A stretch of 64,000 bases of DNA. It comes from Dictyostelium discoideum. Lineage: Eukaryota. Of this stretch, positions 60,671 through 64,000 are shown in pieces (position 1 is the first letter of the stretch; the number at the start of each line of letters is the position of its first letter). The position numbers were made by a program, and so were the translations under genes. Location of the stretch: the NCBI GenBank assembly GCA_000004695.1, contig CM000150.2, forward strand, positions 800,001 to 864,000, read 5' to 3'. Below the pieces are notes generated by a model. The model was not told where the DNA came from. It saw only the letters and a list, made by a program, of their open reading frames with translations, and made no database searches.

Positions 60671-62593
60671 TTATTTTCTATTAGCTGGAAAATTTAAATC
60701 AACATTTAGTACATCTAATTGAAGTATGTCAGCTTCACAATTTCCTAATAATAAACCAATGTTTGGTAAAGTTCTACCTAAATCACCATGAACAAATTCT
60801 TTAATGTAGGTTCCAGCTTGAGCGTCAATGATATCCAACATAAAGAAATGAGGACTGATAAATGTTGCATGTAATTTTGAGATTTTTTTATTTCTAATCA
60901 TTAGAGATCTACGATGTAATACTCTAATGGGAGTGTTTTGATGAAGTTGTATATCTTTTAAATTATTGAGTGTATCAAGATCTGAAGGTTGTAAAATTCT
61001 ACTTGTCCAAATGAAACAACGATAATTTTTTTGTTTTGTGCCACCAGAGTCTTTGATGATGGTGGTTTCTTTCTTTGTGATTAATTGTAAATTTGAGACT
61101 TTGATCTTCTTTGTGGAGTCGTTGATGGAGGATTCTAGTTTCTCAAAGTCTTGATTCTTGAAGAAGATTCTGTGAGGGTTCACAATCTCAATATAAAAGG
61201 GTCTGCCATCGCCAAGCATTCTAACATCGATGTCCTCCCTACCGGATGTGGTGAATAGGATGGAATCTGCTTTAAACGTTTCTTGAATATCTTTACATAT
61301 TAAATCCTGAACTGAGGAGTCGTCATACTCCCATGGTGTCTGACTTAAATCTCTGACGAATTTATTATACTTTCCAGCCAAGAACACAGGCTCGTGCTTG
61401 AATGATAGCTCATACGAGTATTTTGTCTTTGGTGGGGTTGGTGGCACAACGCCGTGTAATTCAAACTCCTTCTTTGTTGTATTACTTAATAACTCATTCA
61501 CTGAATTTGACGAATCTGCAGAAGCCACTTTTATACGCTTGGTAGACTGTTTTTGTCTTTTACCACCTCTTTTGGTAGATTGTAGTGATAGAAGGAATTG
61601 GTGGTCGTCTTTGGTCTCCTCGTGAATGTATTGCATATTACCACGGAAATCACTACTTGGTTTAAATTGGAAGAATAATTGTCTACTAATGATTGGTCCC
61701 AATACCCATTTCACACCCTCTTTAATCTCAACCATTGATTTATCTTTTTTATCAGCTGAATATACATTTGGAAAACTGTCAACTAAATAATACCAAATCG
61801 ATTGCTCTCTAATCAAAGTCGATGTTGGCATTGACAATGCTAATGAGTAATTTTGAAATTCATATCCACTATTTTTCATCTTTACTATAAATTCATCTAA
61901 AAACAATTCCTTATTATTTGTATCTTGTAAAATACCTAAACAACAACAACATACAAAATTATTCCATCTTTCATTCATATTTGGATCATATTTTTTTAAA
62001 TTTTCAACTTCTCCTCCTCCTTGTTGTTGTTGTTGTTGTTTTTGTTTATTTTCATTTAAATCTTTTTGTTTTTGATTAAACATTAAAAATTGAATTAAAT
62101 GTGATAATGTATTTAAAGATTCTTGATAAATTGATAATTCTTTAATATTTAAGAATCTAAAAATACATCTTGGACAAACTTTAATTGAATTTAATTGTAC
62201 AATCGTTGGAATATGTGCATTTTTAAATAATCTACTCTCCATTGATTCTAATCTAAATATTAAATTTCTATAATCAATTGTGCCTTCCTCAAATCTTTGT
62301 TCTGTTGCAAATTTAATTAATTCTTCATTATTTTCTGGTATTTTAAATGTTGGTGTTGGTATTGTTGTAGTAGTTGTTGTTGGTGTGGTAGTTGTTGGTG
62401 TTGGTGTTGGCGTTGGTATTGTTGTTGGTGTTGGTGTTGGTGTTTCTGTTTTTATTGTGGAAGTAGTTTCTGTTTTTGTTTCTGTTTCAGTTTTTGTTTC
62501 TGTTTCAGTTTCTGTTTTTGTTTCTGTTTTCAAATCAACTTTCATTGGTTCTGATTTTTCAGCCCCACTTTCATTGTTATCAATTTTCTCCAT
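60671..62593 (-). CDS. tRNA pseudouridine synthase Pus10
   Basis: The stretch ..DSILFTTSGREDIDVRMLGDGRPFYIEIVNPHR.. and the C-terminal YIKEFVHGDLGRTLPNIGLLLGNCEADILQLDVLNVDL match Pus10 catalytic-domain signatures (GREDxDVRxLGxGRPF and EFVHGDxGRT). The N-terminus is Thr/Pro/Glu-rich. Confidence 0.7.
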   Translation of the reverse strand: MEKIDNNESGAEKSEPMKVDLKTETKTETETETKTETETKTETTSTIKTETPTPTPTTIPTPTPTPTTTTPTTTTTTIPTPTFKIPENNEELIKFATEQRFEEGTIDYRNLIFRLESMESRLFKNAHIPTIVQLNSIKVCPRCIFRFLNIKELSIYQESLNTLSHLIQFLMFNQKQKDLNENKQKQQQQQQGGGEVENLKKYDPNMNERWNNFVCCCCLGILQDTNNKELFLDEFIVKMKNSGYEFQNYSLALSMPTSTLIREQSIWYYLVDSFPNVYSADKKDKSMVEIKEGVKWVLGPIISRQLFFQFKPSSDFRGNMQYIHEETKDDHQFLLSLQSTKRGGKRQKQSTKRIKVASADSSNSVNELLSNTTKKEFELHGVVPPTPPKTKYSYELSFKHEPVFLAGKYNKFVRDLSQTPWEYDDSSVQDLICKDIQETFKADSILFTTSGREDIDVRMLGDGRPFYIEIVNPHRIFFKNQDFEKLESSINDSTKKIKVSNLQLITKKETTIIKDSGGTKQKNYRCFIWTSRILQPSDLDTLNNLKDIQLHQNTPIRVLHRRSLMIRNKKISKLHATFISPHFFMLDIIDAQAGTYIKEFVHGDLGRTLPNIGLLLGNCEADILQLDVLNVDLNFPANRK

Positions 62594-62681
62594 TTTTTAA
62601 TTTATTTTCAAAAAAAAAAAAAAAAAAAAAACTTTTTGTTTGTATTCGGTTTTTAAAAATAAAAAAAGATTTTTCATTTTT

Positions 62682-62712
<31 letters not shown>

Positions 62713-62830
62713 GGCAATTAAATTGGATCCAATTTAATTAATTTTTAATATGGATTTAGTATAGATAAATAGAACACTAAAAAGTATACAGAATGATATA
62801 AAAGTATAAAAAAAAAAAAATTAAAATAAT

Positions 62831-62863
<33 letters not shown>

Positions 62864-63147
62864 CAATATATATTATATATTAATATAATTTTTTCAATAT
62901 ATATTATATAATTATATAAATGAATTCACCTTATTCTGAAGTTGAATTTAATTTACTTTTATTGAAAAATAATAATAGACCTAATTTTAAACAATTGTTG
63001 AAAAATTGTGAATGCGGGTGATCTTGAAAAAATTCAATTTTTTTTTATTTTTTTTATTTTTATTTTTTTTTTTTTCTTTTTTTTTATTATTTTTTTTTTT
63101 TCCATTTTTAAATAAATATTCACCTCTTTCCCCACATATAAATAAAA

Positions 63148-64000
63148 ATGTCAAATGAAGATGGTGAAATTATAAGCCACCAATATCAAAGAGGCAGGGA
63201 TTCTGAATATGATAGTAGAAGAGAAAGAGATTATAAAGATTCATATGATAATAAATCAAAAGACAGAGAAAGAAGTAAAAGTAGAAGTAGAAGTAGGGAT
63301 AGAGATAGAAATAGATACGATAGAGATAGAGAAAGAGATTTAGAAAAAGAAAGAGAAAGAGATAGAGACCATGACAGAAATAGAGATAGAGATAGAGACC
63401 GTGACAGAAATAGAGATAGAGATAGAGACCACGACAGAAATAGAGATAGAGATAGAAATAGAGACCGTGACCATGACCGTGATAGAGATAGGGAAAGAGA
63501 AAAAGACAGAGAAAGAGATAGAGATAGAGATAGATACGGTAACAAAGAAAGAGATAGGGATAGGGATAGAGAAAGAGATAGAGATAGAGAAAGGGATAGA
63601 GAAAGAGAAAGAGAAAAAGAAAGAGAAAGAGAAAGAGAAAGAGATAGAGATAGATATGGTGATAGATCAACCTCAAGAGATAGAAAAGATACTCCAACAA
63701 AAACTGAAAATGATCAAGATAATGATAATACAAATAAAGAAGATAAAGATAAAAATAAAGATATTGAATCAAACAATACAAGAGATGACCGTTCAACCTC
63801 TAGAGACGATAGTAAAAGAAAATCTACTAGTGGTAGTAGTAGTAGTAGAAGAAGAGGTAGTAGAAAGAAATACTCAAGTAGTGAAGATGACACAAGTAGC
63901 AGCGATGATGATGATTCAAGTAGTGAGGATAGCTCAAGTAGTAGTGAAGATGATAGAAAAAAGAAAAGAAAAGAAAGAAGAAGAAAAAGTAGTAAAAGAT
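63148..64000 (+). CDS. Arg-Asp/Arg-Glu/Arg-Ser dipeptide-repeat protein (RD/RS-domain protein), 5' partial CDS running off the window end.
   Basis: An ATG at 63148, then an uninterrupted frame through (RDRDRNRDRDRDH..)n and (RERE)n and a Ser/Asp/Lys-rich tail, with no stop before position 64000. The ORF track lists only minus-strand artefacts across this same repeat. Confidence 0.6.
   Translation, partial: MSNEDGEIISHQYQRGRDSEYDSRRERDYKDSYDNKSKDRERSKSRSRSRDRDRNRYDRDRERDLEKERERDRDHDRNRDRDRDRDRNRDRDRDHDRNRDRDRNRDRDHDRDRDREREKDRERDRDRDRYGNKERDRDRDRERDRDRERDREREREKERERERERDRDRYGDRSTSRDRKDTPTKTENDQDNDNTNKEDKDKNKDIESNNTRDDRSTSRDDSKRKSTSGSSSSRRRGSRKKYSSSEDDTSSSDDDDSSSEDSSSSSEDDRKKKRKERRRKSSKR

Noticed and set aside
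62280-62721. Plus-strand ORFs (106 and 81 aa) rich in V/G/F
   Set aside because: They are antisense to the Thr/Pro/Glu-rich N-terminus of Pus10 and its upstream T-run, so they are frame artefacts of a low-complexity coding region.
63170-63796. Minus-strand ORFs (208 and 104 aa) of poly L/S/Y/F
   Set aside because: They are antisense translations of the (RD/RE)n repeat gene. The plus strand carries the real ATG-initiated frame.

Overview
This window reads as nuclear DNA from Dictyostelium discoideum or a very close dictyostelid. The call rests on roughly 75-80% A+T content, long A/T homopolymers, poly-Asn/Gln coding tracts, short AT-rich GT..AG introns, and tRNA genes followed by an extra B box and flanked by TRE-type non-LTR retrotransposons. 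I found no prokaryotic operon, CRISPR array or defence-island structure.

The window holds about 20 protein-coding genes, several of them multi-exon with splice sites placed by hand. In order they are:
- a partial hypothetical gene at the window start;
- tubulin-folding cofactor D, with the mitochondrial factors EF-G2/RRF2mt and RRF flanking the RNA exonuclease MYG1;
- a GH85 endo-beta-N-acetylglucosaminidase, a PSMG3-like proteasome assembly chaperone, and calcineurin B (cnbA, 4 exons);
- an ADCK/ABC1 kinase, a large uncharacterised protein, XPD/repD, a Q/N-rich protein, a PH-domain protein, and an A20/AN1 zinc-finger protein;
- two hypothetical proteins, tRNA pseudouridine synthase Pus10, and a partial RD/RE/RS dipeptide-repeat protein at the window end.

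There are five tRNA genes: Ser-UGA twice in inverted orientation, Cys-GCA, and Pro-UGG twice in direct orientation.

The tRNA-Cys and both tRNA-Pro genes carry downstream TRE3-type retrotransposon insertions. Two are full-length, with ORF1 plus an endonuclease/reverse-transcriptase ORF2. These are followed by tandem arrays of 3' fragments. tRNA-Pro #2 also has a minus-strand ORF2 C-terminal remnant about 58 bp upstream, in a TRE5-like position.

The most noteworthy organisation is twofold. The mitochondrial ribosome-recycling genes cluster around a shared divergent promoter. The tRNA/retroelement island shows repeated, position-specific integration.
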